This document shows positions 38,301-50,400 of a stretch of DNA of 64,000 nt, piece after piece (the stretch's first letter is position 1; each line of letters opens with the position of its first letter). The translations under genes and the position numbers were made by a program. The notes below the pieces were generated by a model. It made no database searches. It was not told where the DNA came from and saw only the letters and a program-made list of their open reading frames with translations. The stretch covers positions 682,001-746,000 of the forward strand of contig NW_020847569.1 in the NCBI RefSeq assembly GCF_003704095.1, written 5' to 3'. The DNA is from Pocillopora damicornis. Its lineage: Eukaryota.

Positions 38301-41300
38301 CTGCCGTTCGTCAATCCGTTCAAATCAATTGAAAAAAAACACTTACTTTCATTGCTTTCTCTAATGTATCACCCTCATCAAGAAGGTTGCCAATCAGCTC
38401 TTGTGTGACGGGGAAGCTAGGGGGGAGTTCAGTACATCGTTTGATTGTATCAGGGTTGCAGCCATTCAGGAACTGCGCTCCGTAGAAGTTGTCTTCCTGC
38501 CAATGGTCGGCGGCTTGTGGAACATCACCAACAAAAGCGACAAACGCCTAGATAAAAGTCGACCTCCCGCTAATCAATCGAATTTCACATGTAACACGTT
38601 TAAAATTCTAGTCTAAAACACGAAGAGAATTTTATTATTGGTTTTCGTATAAGATCTCGCATTACTTTTTATTAATATTATGCCAGATTAAAGAGTAATT
38701 ACTGAAATATACGGACTTAAAGATTAACAGAACCTCCCGCGGGTGTCTCTTTACAGTTAGATAAAAAGGAAATGCTTAGAAATCTCTTTGACGATGAATC
38801 CGACTTTGAATTGTATCATGCCTAAACCTACCTTACGGTAATCATCAAAGTCTTCCCAAGAATCGAAGATATTCCATAATTTTATCAAGCCAAGGTTTAT
38901 TAGAGCTTTCTGTCTGGCTGTGTGAAGGTCGTCGGCGGCTTCAGTGGTAAACTGGACATCTTTAGGTAGTTTTTTCCAATTTTCAGACTTGACATATCCA
39001 GGTAAACAGTGAAATACAGGATCGTCTCCCCACTGGAACAGTTCTTGTCTCTGTTGAATTTCAATTCGTCTTTGGTTTTGCACTGCTTCATGCTGCTTCT
39101 CTGTGACAAGTAACGCTGAAGTAGATTAAACAACACCAACCATAAGGAATTGTGATATATATTTGTTGTATTCTAGAGTAATAGGTATTTTATTTAATCG
39201 CAAGAGTTGCAGCGCACGAAGAGCGCTTAACTAGGTATCGAGTTATGCCATAAACGATGATTGTGCCCCGTCAAAGTCAGAGTGGTAAGTGTGATTGTGA
39301 TATGATATTTGTAATTCCCTTTTCGTTTATCCGTCTATAATACGATTAGGGATCCTCATCATGTTATACCACGTGTCTACGCAAAGATCTGTTTGATCGA
39401 GTAAAACAACTAAGTTGCAAACAACTTAACAACTAAGTTGCAATTTGCAGAAAATACCTTCCGCGAATACCTCATGCAAAGAAAAAATCGACAATACACT
39501 CCAAATTTCTACTTTTCTTTAGGGCCGTTAAGGTTTGTAATAACCTCCAAGGGATGAAGCCTTGAAAGATAAATGTAGAGAAACACCCAAGAAAAAAATT
39601 ATATTGAGACAGTTTTTGGCTAGAGATGATAAGAAGGGTTGAAAATATAGAAATTCTTGAAAACTTGAGTTTTCATTCTTGACAAGCATGGCCCTCGGCG
39701 AAGCTCCTTTGAAGTTGCAGTTGTCCCAAATTTACCGAAAAATCTCAGCGATATCGTTGTCAAAGTTATCCTTTCATACAACCCTGAACAACATGGTTGC
39801 TTCCATCAACACTTACCTTTTCCTTCGAAGAAGACGGATTCACTCTGTACCCACTGAAAGCAAGGGAATTCATAAAGCCTCTGGGGATCTTGGCTACAGG
39901 TAATCATGATTTTCTCCACAAACCAGTCACTTAACAATCCACTTTGATCATTGTGTAGTTTAATCATTAAAAGCTCCCCAACATCTTCTGCAGCAAGGAG
40001 ATAAGTATCTTCTTTTCCAGCTTCAAGATCGTCATGGAGCAATTTGTCCATCAAAAGAGGTCTTGTTCTTCCTTTGGTTCCTTGGAAAACGTTTTTTTAA
40101 AAAAAGCTATTATTGCAGTAATCATAGACATTTTACCATTCTAAATATCAAACGTTAGTTCATCTTTGCCTTCAGAGAGGGTGAACTCTGAATTGTAAAG
40201 TATTTTTCCATTGCATAACCGTGACAATAGATTTAATGTGAAGAAAGTGCAATGTTTGAATTCAGTCTTACCTGTGATGGTGAGGGTTACATCGGCGTTG
40301 GTACCAGCATATTTTCGATCGCCAGTGAAAACTGAGATGCAGTAAATGGACATATCTTCCCCGGTTTTCGAAGGTCGCCGCAGATTCAATTTATTGCTTG
40401 AGCCAGATTGTACTTTTAATTTCAAGTACGCCGAGGAATTGTAGTCGTAGATAGTCTTGGCTGGTGGCACTGACAAAGATGAGGGCATATTTTCTAACGA
40501 AGAGCGTGTTGATTCAGTTACGTCTAATGGTATAAGTGAAGTCAACTTGACGTTAGCTAAGTCCAACCAAGGGTGAGTGACTTGGTCCCAGACTCTAGAC
40601 GCGTGGAGAACAAGATGTGAGTCCTCGGGTTGTATTTCATGTAGTTGTATTTGAAGTTTGTATTGAATACCACCGTCTGACATGCGCTCTTCAAATTCAG
40701 AAGTTAGATAATCTTTAGGTCTCCTATCGCCCTCCCAACGGAATGTTTCCCTACAGAAAAGAGAGGAGAAGTAAGCTAAGAAATGATTGATTCTCTTGTT
40801 TAAAGTTAGCCGAGCTCTGATTCATTCGTTCCAGTACAAGCTTCTAAGACTGATTGATAATGACCATACATCACACTTTTTAGTATGATTACAAAGAATG
40901 GACAACAGGTCCTACCAAGGTTTTCTTTGCTCTTCTTCTGTAATAAGTCCAGTTTCTTCTCTATCATCAGAAGGGACGAGGCGAAATTTGGCGTAGCGAG
41001 GCACACCGTCTTTCGCTTTGTATTCAAACGCCATCCACGAGTAATACCGCTGATCAGTAAATGAGTTAGGAGCTCGACGAAATGCAGCAATGGTCAAATA
41101 GAAGCTGTATTTGTAAAAACAGAAAAAATTAACTTTCTAAATTCCATTTGACCAACTCTTTGTCTTTTTGTGTTACTGGCTTAGCAGCCGGCGTCGTAAG
41201 CATTCTGAAAACAATTTTGGGTTATTATACTTTTGGGTCATCAGTGTTTTCACATATTTTACATTGATTGTACTTACTGCCAAGGATCCTCCGCACAATA

Positions 41301-42619
41301 GGTCTCAAATGCTTTTATGTCTCCATTCAACGCACTAAGCATCTTGTCTAAGCTATAAAGGCTCCAATATGCAGCCTCTTCGCCAGTATACAAAAACAGA
41401 TCGAAAGGTGATTCAAAGTCACTGTCGGCAAACTTGAGAGTCGTTAATCTGATGTCCAATTCGGCATCGTCCATCTTAACGAGATTACAGTGACGGAGAC
41501 GGACTGGAAACACCCTTTCTGCAGAAAAAAATTCGTGGGCAGGGAGGAGTGGGTTGTTTAGGACTGTTACAACCCCAGATGCACCTACACCTCTCGTCTG
41601 TTGTGTAACAAGTGACCTGAGAACAAAGCCGGCTTGAAACTTTTTTACATAAAGTGCTAATTGTGACGCACTGAACGGTCCAGCTTCTGGTGGAGGCTGT
41701 AAAGGGAAGCAAAAACACGACATCAGTCATGCTTACAAATCACGGTTATATTTGGAGAGGCCTTAAACACGAACAACATAAGAAGGTCGGTAAATCTAAC
41801 ATCCTGTAGTTGATTATAGAAAAACATGCTATTTTTCTTGCAAAGAACGTGCGGCACTGTTGATCCTAGCTGTATGCAGCTGCAGGGCATGTATCACATT
41901 TAAACTTAGTAATGGTTTAACTCATCAAAGAGTTCTGTGTAGTTAAACGGTCACGCATCGCAACGCGGAAACCGCAGGTGCGGGGTTCTATTCCTTAAGA
42001 GAAGTCAGATTTGTTCCTTATCCCACTCCCGTCATGACCGTGACAAGACGGATAACCTTTTGCTGTAGTCTTCAATACTGGTGTTTAGTGTTTTGGATAA
42101 TGTATGGGGAAAAGATTTCGATGAAACAACAAAAAATACAATAGCGAGAACAAAAACGACAAAAAATTAAACAGAGGGTAACCCTAGACGAAAATCGTTT
42201 CTAATTTTGATAACGATGATGGCGATTATGAATTATGAGGGTGACGTTAGCGATTGCGTTACCGAGACAAAAGCAATATTGGTTATGAAATTTTGATGAA
42301 AATTCTATGAAAAAGTTCTTCACCTCGTCTGCCTCTGCCATCTTTTTTTCAAACAATTCCACTCCCATTGATTCCTTAAATATCTTGAATCCCATATTCT
42401 TCCCTGTTGAAATACACATACAACTCCCAAAATTAGTTCAAATCGTTTACACTGGAAATAATAACATTTAGAGACAGCAAGAGAGGATAAATATGCTCTC
42501 TTTGAGACAGTTTTTTTTCTCTACTTACATGGTTCTCGTTCTTCGCTTACTTCAATCGTCGGCCTCTTAATAGTTCCAATTACTTTGTTCTTCTTCCTCT
42601 TTGAAGGAATAATCCCCAT
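35366..42619 (-). CDS. AOS-LOX-type fusion, copy B: catalase-like domain lacking heme His/Tyr + PLAT + LOX with Ala at the Coffa site
   Basis: ATG 42619, MGIIPSKRKKNK...; same exon structure as copy A. LOX motifs [27 protein letters not shown] and PERIPNSIAI*. Confidence 0.92.
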
Positions 42620-43539
42620 CTTTACCCGGATATTCTGCTTTTATGTTATAAGTAAAAAAGATAACATTAGCTAATTTGTCATGATCTGGCTCAGTCCATG
42701 TTCCGTGGAATGAAGGGCAAAATAAAAGACGACAAACACGTTGCATGTTTACTGGTGCATTGACTTTTTCGTCCAGCGGAACATCACCGATAAAATTGTT
42801 CAAAACAGGAATCTATTGTCGTGACGCGAGAAAGGAGAAAAAGCATTTGCAAGGCTAATTCGCCATGAAGCGTCAGGAAATAGCGCATAATTGATACTGA
42901 AACAACTTAAACAATATTTAAACGTTTCTTCATACAATAATAATAATAATACCATCAGTTTTTTTCATTTGCATTCGCAATTTGAGCTCTTTGAACGTAA
43001 TTTATGATTAAATTTGCTTACTATGGCTAAAGCGACGCAGTAGTTCGCCCTCACGACTCGTATTCGACTATAAAACTGATTCCGTTGTAATTTTCAAAAC
43101 ACATTGTAAGTTACAAGGACTTTAAAACTCATTTCGTCAGGTGGAGTCGGCTAAGCCTTGGGTCTCTCTTTTGAGTCATCTCATCTCGTTTCGTTTAACG
43201 GCCTGGTGATACATTGCTTCGCTGATGAAATGAAACAATTTATTTATCGGACGACGGGAGCTGTCCGTGAGTTAAGACGAAATGTGCAGAGTACAGTGTC
43301 AAAATGAAGAGGGTACGAATTGCTCATAAGCAAGGTTAAAATCATTTGAGCTCGTGACGATAGACTAGTTTGTCTTGAAACATTCTACAGGACCCTTCGG
43401 CGACACATGCAAGTCGCAGCGCTTAACACGTACCTTTGAAACGTTTTCACCGTGTAGATCTTGTTGCTAAATTGTGTTTCTTTTTTTTTGTTTATTCCGT
43501 CATGTCTTTGAATCTTTACACCCTCGTCTTTGGTTGTTT

Positions 43540-43685
43540 CCGTCACGTCATTTAAGATAAATACTGAAAATACGTGTTTCCTAGCGATAGAGACCCTCAG
43601 TAAACAAACCTGTTTAGTATGCCCTCGAGGAGCTTAATCAACTCTGCGTCTTTCTTTAGATCATTGAACCTTGACTAATTGCTCT
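43540..43685 (-). promoter_or_regulatory. Putative promoter block of copy B, paralogous to 33079-33205
   Basis: cgtcacgtca, GTTTCCTAGCGAT (43576-43588), and the shared ctgttta..atgccct..ggagcttaa...agatca.tgaacctt..ctaattg. Confidence 0.5.
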
Positions 43686-46139
43686 CTTGTAAACATTCAA
43701 AAGTAAGATGGAACGCATTATTGAAGCTTAACACTCCTATAAAGACAAACCACAATACAAATTGATACAACTTAAAAAAATTTTCTCTGTCACGTTATCT
43801 TGCATTTCTTTTTCAAAATGCTCTTGCAGCAGTTGTGATAGCATAGCTTATGCTCTCTTGGTGCAATATTATCCGCGAATAAACTTTAAATATAAGTGTA
43901 CTGTATTAGCATTTGCATTCGCTTGACTGTTTATGTTGCGTTGATATGGTAATACTGTTGTTTATGACGCAGTCCTCGGAATCTTTTCTTTGGATAACTC
44001 TATAGTTATGCCCACGTACTGACGTCTGACGAGGACAATGAAGGCAGCGCGAGTTCTCTGATGATAACATATCAGTTATGTAATGAAGGACACTACTGTG
44101 TACCATGTGGGTGTTGTTGATGGCAACGGAACGTGCTATTCACATAATGCCCACGCTCAACTTCTTTCAGAGATTTCTAAATTATTCTCATTGCATAAAG
44201 TCCATTCAGTAATGCTGAGTAGCATTTCATACACAATTAAAACGGTTTATGAACTGAGTTGATCGAAGACCCAATCTATTTTGATTTTTGAACTTTTTAT
44301 GCACTCTATTTGACCCAGTGCAGCCTCATCAATTTTCCTTTAACAAAGCCAAGAAAATTTTGAAAAGTTGCGTTGCTTTGATTCATTTGATTGTTGGTTG
44401 CACCCCAACGCGATGGAAAAATTTTAGATTTTTATCATGATTACCTCCACGGGGGGCTCAATTTTTTCCGGGTTTTTCTTTGATATCACTGATTCTCTCT
44501 AATATCTTTACTCCCTTGGAAAAACTAAGAAGAGAATGAATCTTGTAGTTTTTTTTTTCAGAAGTTGTCTTTAAAGACTATCTTTCAACTTACATACAAC
44601 AGAGCCATACTAACTCTACGTAAAATCACTTACAATAATTACGATACTAACAATGTACTCGTTACTTACAATACTACCCCCCAGTTTTTCTATATATATT
44701 TATCAATACTCATGTTTAAGACTACTTAAAAATGATTTTTTTTTCTAATACTAGCTTGCAATACAAATTATACGATTCCTACTCCACTTGCATTACGAAT
44801 TTTAAATCAATAATTAGCTTACTCTACATACTAAACAATATTTACTTACACCAGGTGAGCCTATTACAATTTATGAGAGGTAGACTAGAACACAACACAG
44901 ACACAATGCAGGTACTTCAGTTACATTTCGGAGCTCAGGTTCGTTACCAAAAAGAAAAAAAGAAGGTAATGCTGACTTTGAATGAGCTAACTACAATTTT
45001 TAAAATTTTTTTGAACCTCGTAGTTGATATAGGGAAAATCTTCTCAATTCTTTCAAAAGTTGTTTCGGCACGTATTGGGATGCAATCGACGTACTCCAGC
45101 GGAAGTTGTGCTGACCTTATAAACAATGCATATCTTCTGTTTACGTTTTGTAGTTCTCCAATACTAGTGAATGACAGAATGGTAAATCAATTCATTCTGA
45201 AACTTATGACCACATTTCACCGATGTGTCCACCATTTACGGGGGATCTGTTATTCACTTCAAGTGTATCACACTAATCGATTGCGTATTCCAGAAAATTA
45301 TTGTAAATTTAATACATGATTAGCTGGCCCACAGACTATTATCGTATTGAGTTCATGTAGCTTTTTCTCTAAATTAGCTGTTAGTGAAAGTGCGAACGAG
45401 GAGGTGGAGTGGGGAGGAGATAGCGAAAAAAAAAGTGAGTGCTCATGGAATAGAAAAACAATAAGAGGGAGAAGGGAACAGCGACAGGGTGCACTGAAAT
45501 GAAAATGGTAAAATATGGAATGGAATGTGTGGATCGTGGAGTAGGAGGTAAAAAAAAAAACAAGGAAAAGGAAACAGTAAGAAATCACTGGAACAAGAAA
45601 AGGAAACGGCGATCGAGCAAAGAGGATCAGCGGCTTTTTCAACGCGGAAGCTGAATTTTCCTGAGGGGCTTTGACCTTTTTTGCGAACATGTTGACTTCT
45701 TTTCTACTCAGTTCCCCTGTTGAGGTGATAACCAGACGGTGTGCGCGCACTGATGACGTTGCATCATCGTCGTAAAAGAAACAGGAAGTCATATGCATGT
45801 TGTCGTGGTCGGGTGAACATCTTTGATGACAGAGAAAAAATAGCGTGAATATACATGGAATGCAATGGGGATTCATCGTTTGTTGTCATTCCTTCGAAAG
45901 TTTAAAAGTGTTGATGGGCCTGCGCGACTCCTGTCATTCCACCGCGACGAATTCGTTCCTAGGAAGGAACTGACCAGATTCATAAAGAATTGAAACTGCA
46001 GAAATGGCAACAGTTACACTCTCAGCCGATAGCTTTGTAAATAATATCAAATCCACAAATTACATTTCTAGACAAGATTATTTCACAGGGAATCGACCCT
46101 TGACACGCAAACGCATAACATAGACCTTTTAGCCCACGA

Positions 46140-46520
46140 ACTCTTTTTTTTCGTGTCATTCACCAGGCGTCGGAATACGAAGTCCGTAAAAGAAGAAGCG
46201 CTACGCCTCTTGAGAACTAATTCGTCACGATCCATGTTTAATATAAACGCACAAAGTTTCAAAATACGCTCAAAGAATAGAGGATATCTAGATGAAGGTT
46301 TTGAGAAAAGTATCTTGAGTTATTTTTTGCGAGATAGAAAGTACACTTAACAAAAACAAATTACATAGAAAATATTACCTTTTGTAACACAATCTCATCT
46401 GGCTTATCCTAATAAGCGCTTAAATTGAAGGAAGCAGATTTAAAAGCGCTAGCGAATGGCAGGAGTTGCTCTGGCCAGTCAAACACCTTTCTTAAACGCT
46501 TGACTGGCTTACCGGGCGTG
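46140..46520 (+). mobile_element. Decayed Penelope-like retroelement fragment (C-terminal to RT)
   Basis: VKEEALRLLRTNSS...FKIRSKNRGY, followed by ILPFVTQ; frameshifts and stops present. Confidence 0.7.
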
Positions 46521-47468
46521 TCTACTTGAGCAATGTTGAGTTACTCATTCGGTTAAGTGACTCCTTTCATTGCTGATTCAATTGTCTTTCTTTGATTAAG
46601 ATAGTAGATTTAGCATACAATACTGGCGATTATTTGATTTACTTTTATTAAAGAAAGTAAAATTACAATACGATTAAGTAGATATAGGAAATGTCCCTAC
46701 AATAGTGACGTTATGTAACGCAATACACTACACACACACCAACAAGCCTTTTTGCGGCCTTAGCCGGTCTCGAACATCAGCACTTAAAATGAATAAAACA
46801 CGAGTACCGTTGGAGAGCGTTTGGTCAGAGCTGTTAAAGAAGGATCAAAGCAAATTAAAAATCAGTGAATGTGTTTGTCCTTGAGAACGATTGAATACGC
46901 GACAAATACGTACAGAGAACACCTATAAACATTCAGAATAAATCAAATATAATTTACCCGTGGTGAAAGGAAAAAGGAACACCCCAACTTATTTGATTTC
47001 TGCCACTTTCACCACCATGTTGAAAATAACGCTACCACAATGCAACGCAATCGGAGTGCATTCAGTGTATCCCAGAGGGAAAATATCTCATCACTATAAC
47101 TAGTTTGATTTGGATCTGTCATACACGAGTTCCTCGATTATGATCATTAAAATAATTGCCTAAACGATAACAGCATTTTACAAATATTGGTGGAATGGTA
47201 AAATTAACCAAAAAGGAAGCAGATGATGTCGCTAGTATCACTAGAAAATTGCCAAATATTCTTCTGGTTAGCTCTTCCGTTATTTAACATTTACATTTTC
47301 TACAATAAAAGAAGCAGTATAAACTTTGTTTCCTATCTGGTTATGGACATAAATATAGATTAACCCCTCAGTAACAACGAAGTTTTGGTATGGTAGCTTT
47401 CTTCTATGATGTAGTTAGTCATTTATTCGACAAGTATTCTGGCCATTCTGTTCTCTTTTGTGGTATCT

Positions 47469-50400
47469 CTAAATGGCTATACTGTTTGGTGTTCTCTCTG
47501 GCAGCAGATATTCGTAAGGGACCTCTAACCGTTTATTTCTTTCCTTTATTGCGCTGGAAATCTCATTGAGCTTTCCTTGAAAGCGTAGAATTGCTTCCAA
47601 TGCAGCGTTGTCGGTGAATAGGCCGTCCGTATAGTCACCAAGGAAACGCTTGGGGAGAAAAAAAACGGATGATTTTTTAGTAAGGGAAGGTAGGAAGAGT
47701 TATCCATAAGTCAGCACGTCAGCTTTGTCCGATAAAGAGGTCGATGAGACTTTTAGTCTCCCTCCGACCAGGAAGATAAATGGGTTCCAAGGGTCGTTAA
47801 CTGTGAGTTAAACCCTTTAAAATGCTGGGGGTGACCTTTGATTGACATGCCTCATCTTATCCTAGTCTCGTGGCAACTCCTAATTGTTTCTTGAAGCTAC
47901 CGTAACCTGAACAATCTTTGGTAACAGTGAGTCTCGTGTTCAAACTTGAATTCAACCAATATCTAGCACCATTCACAATAATGGATACTTAAATATGTCG
48001 CATTTTGATCAATTTGGCTATCTTCCCCACATCCCCTGGTCATATTTTTTGTATCAGGCTGACCTGAATTAAAATTACCTCGTCTGGAAAGATGCGTGTC
48101 AAATCATACACTGTTGCTATGGTTACTCCCGCCTGATGCTTTGTTGGTAAACATTTCATGACATCTTTTATGGTTACAACTCCCTTCCTTGTGGGAGGCG
48201 GCTGTCGCATCAGAGCGGGAGCGTTTGGCGGGAAACCAAAAGTATCCATTTGAGAAAAATTCACAGCCGCGTGTTGGCACGAGCAGGTGAAGATTATGAT
48301 AGTCAGCAGATGTGTCAGCTCTGGGATGCTTTTAACCGATACAGGGAAGCCATGACATTTCTCCCCGTTACGCACAGGATAACCATTGTTGTGGAGATCC
48401 AGAATCCACGCTTGGAGCTCTGTGTCCTGTGAAGAGTTGTTAAACCATTATTTCAAAAGACCTGGTTGAAACAGTTGGAATCGTTGCTTTTGCATTAATA
48501 TCAAGATCTGTAAGATATATTCGCTGAGAATTAATGGCTGACGATGCACCAATAAGCTATATCCCAACGAGCAACGACTCTCAGATACACGAGTCGTCTA
48601 GAACTTCTTAGTGTTTAGAGTGGATATGTTTGCATGCGGTTTTAAGAAAATTGCTTAAAGATATATGAAGGATGAGTACGTCCAGGGTTTTAACCTAATG
48701 ACGTACAAGAAGAACACTGGAATATAAAGAGCATTCCCGAGAACTTTTTTTTTAACCTCAGAGGGACACTGGGATGTAACACAAACACAATACTTGCCAT
48801 TTCAATGTCATGATCAGAATGGTAGTAAACTGATAGAATGTCTTTGATGAAATCGCCGATGGCCTGCCACAGACGTAAGGCGTCGTCTCGATAGTGGAAG
48901 CCAGGAAGCTTATTTGCATCAAAAACCCCTCTCTCTTTTAACACTTTGGGAAGGTCATACGATAACCAGCTTAAGCTTTTGTAATACTTCTTCATAAGAG
49001 CTATGTGACCTGGGGATAAGAAGACACCATGCACTGTAAAATAAATAATCTTTAAATTTCCTCAGCTAAAGAGTAGCCTCATCCACGTCTATAAAGCAAA
49101 ACTGGCGATCATACACTGCACTCATTTAGTCTTTGGCCACTATCCTTTTGTATGGCATTAAGGCAAAAGACTGGACGCAACCTGGTTGAGTGGTATGAAC
49201 CCTGAATAGAAAAGCCAGAATTCCACTGGTCTTCCTCTCTCCAATTTAAGGGTTAACACCCATAATATTTTCATTTAAATATGTTTCATTGATTTGCTCT
49301 TCTGCGCCAGTCCCAGTACTAAGAACACCATTGAGGGAAAATAGATCCTAAATTTTTGTAACCATGTACACTTCAACCACTTTTTACGTATAAATATCAT
49401 ACTTGTGAACTGCGGTTTTAGAAATGAAAATGTAAGCGATCTTCGCAGTGATGAACATTACTTAAGCAGTAATAAAACTAACGCCTGAAAAAAATTCAGA
49501 AGATCTGAAAAAAAAATTCTCAAAAATAATTTTAATATATTCACAGTCATTGATTCATCACTTCGCGGGTGTACTACGAACCAACATAAAAAGCAGCTCC
49601 TAGTTGGTAGTGCACCGCACCGGTATCGCAGAGGTCATGGGTTCACATCTCGTACAAGCCTGAATTTTTTCAGGCATTATTTTCACTACTGCTTCAGTAA
49701 TGTTTACGAAGGTCGTTTTCATATTTAATGTGCACTTCATTGGCCTTACCTCCACCACCCAGGCTAAGCGTGTTGTCCGCCACACCTCCGGCAGGAATAA
49801 GTCTCTCTCTTCCAAGCGTGTTGATGGCCAGAACTCCTCTCACGTGAGGGGACAATAATTTCCACAAGGGGTGGAGTGCTGGCAATTGCCTCCTGCTGGC
49901 AAGAGCGACAGGCTCCATGAAAAGATGAGTACGAAGTAGATGGGTTATCATCTGTTAATGCAAAGGAAATTTCGATCAAATTCTATAAGAAATATCGAGA
50001 GAAATATTGATACATTGATTCAAAAGGGTAGTATTGTCTTGCTAGGATTCGAAATACAGGACTGACATTTTAAGACTTACTTGATGCCATTGTGAGTCAG
50101 CATTGCGAAGCCACATTTTGGCGTAGGTCCAGTCTAGCTCAGAATCATTTGGGGTCCATATTGGGTTTGTCTCACTTGGCTCTTGATGGAACTGAATTGC
50201 TATTGGCACTACATCCCCACTACCTCGAACATAGAACAAACCTAAAGATGCAGACGTGTAGCGCCTTTCTAGTTTTGAATCGTTTTGGCCATAATGTGGA
50301 ATGTCGTCAAGAATCTCGTAATCTACCATGTACACACGGCCATCCTGAAAATGATACAGTGATAAAAGCCTTTATTTAATGTTCCATACAAACAACTCTT

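Noticed and set aside
23898-42619. Copies A and B as pseudogenes or as haplotype assembly duplicates
   Set aside because: No stops or frameshifts were seen in exons, the splice sites checked are canonical, and intron interiors plus many LOX residues differ too much for alleles.
44580-45900. Long ORFs 44732-45319 (+) and 45298-45876 (-)
   Set aside because: Low-complexity, biased composition with no motif I can identify. Probably a decayed retroelement (tacttacaat-type tail), but I cannot support a family call.
49600-49665. tRNA gene candidates here and at 62290-62450 and 26230-26288
   Set aside because: No complete cloverleaf; each is embedded in a larger repeat, so they are treated as tRNA-derived elements.
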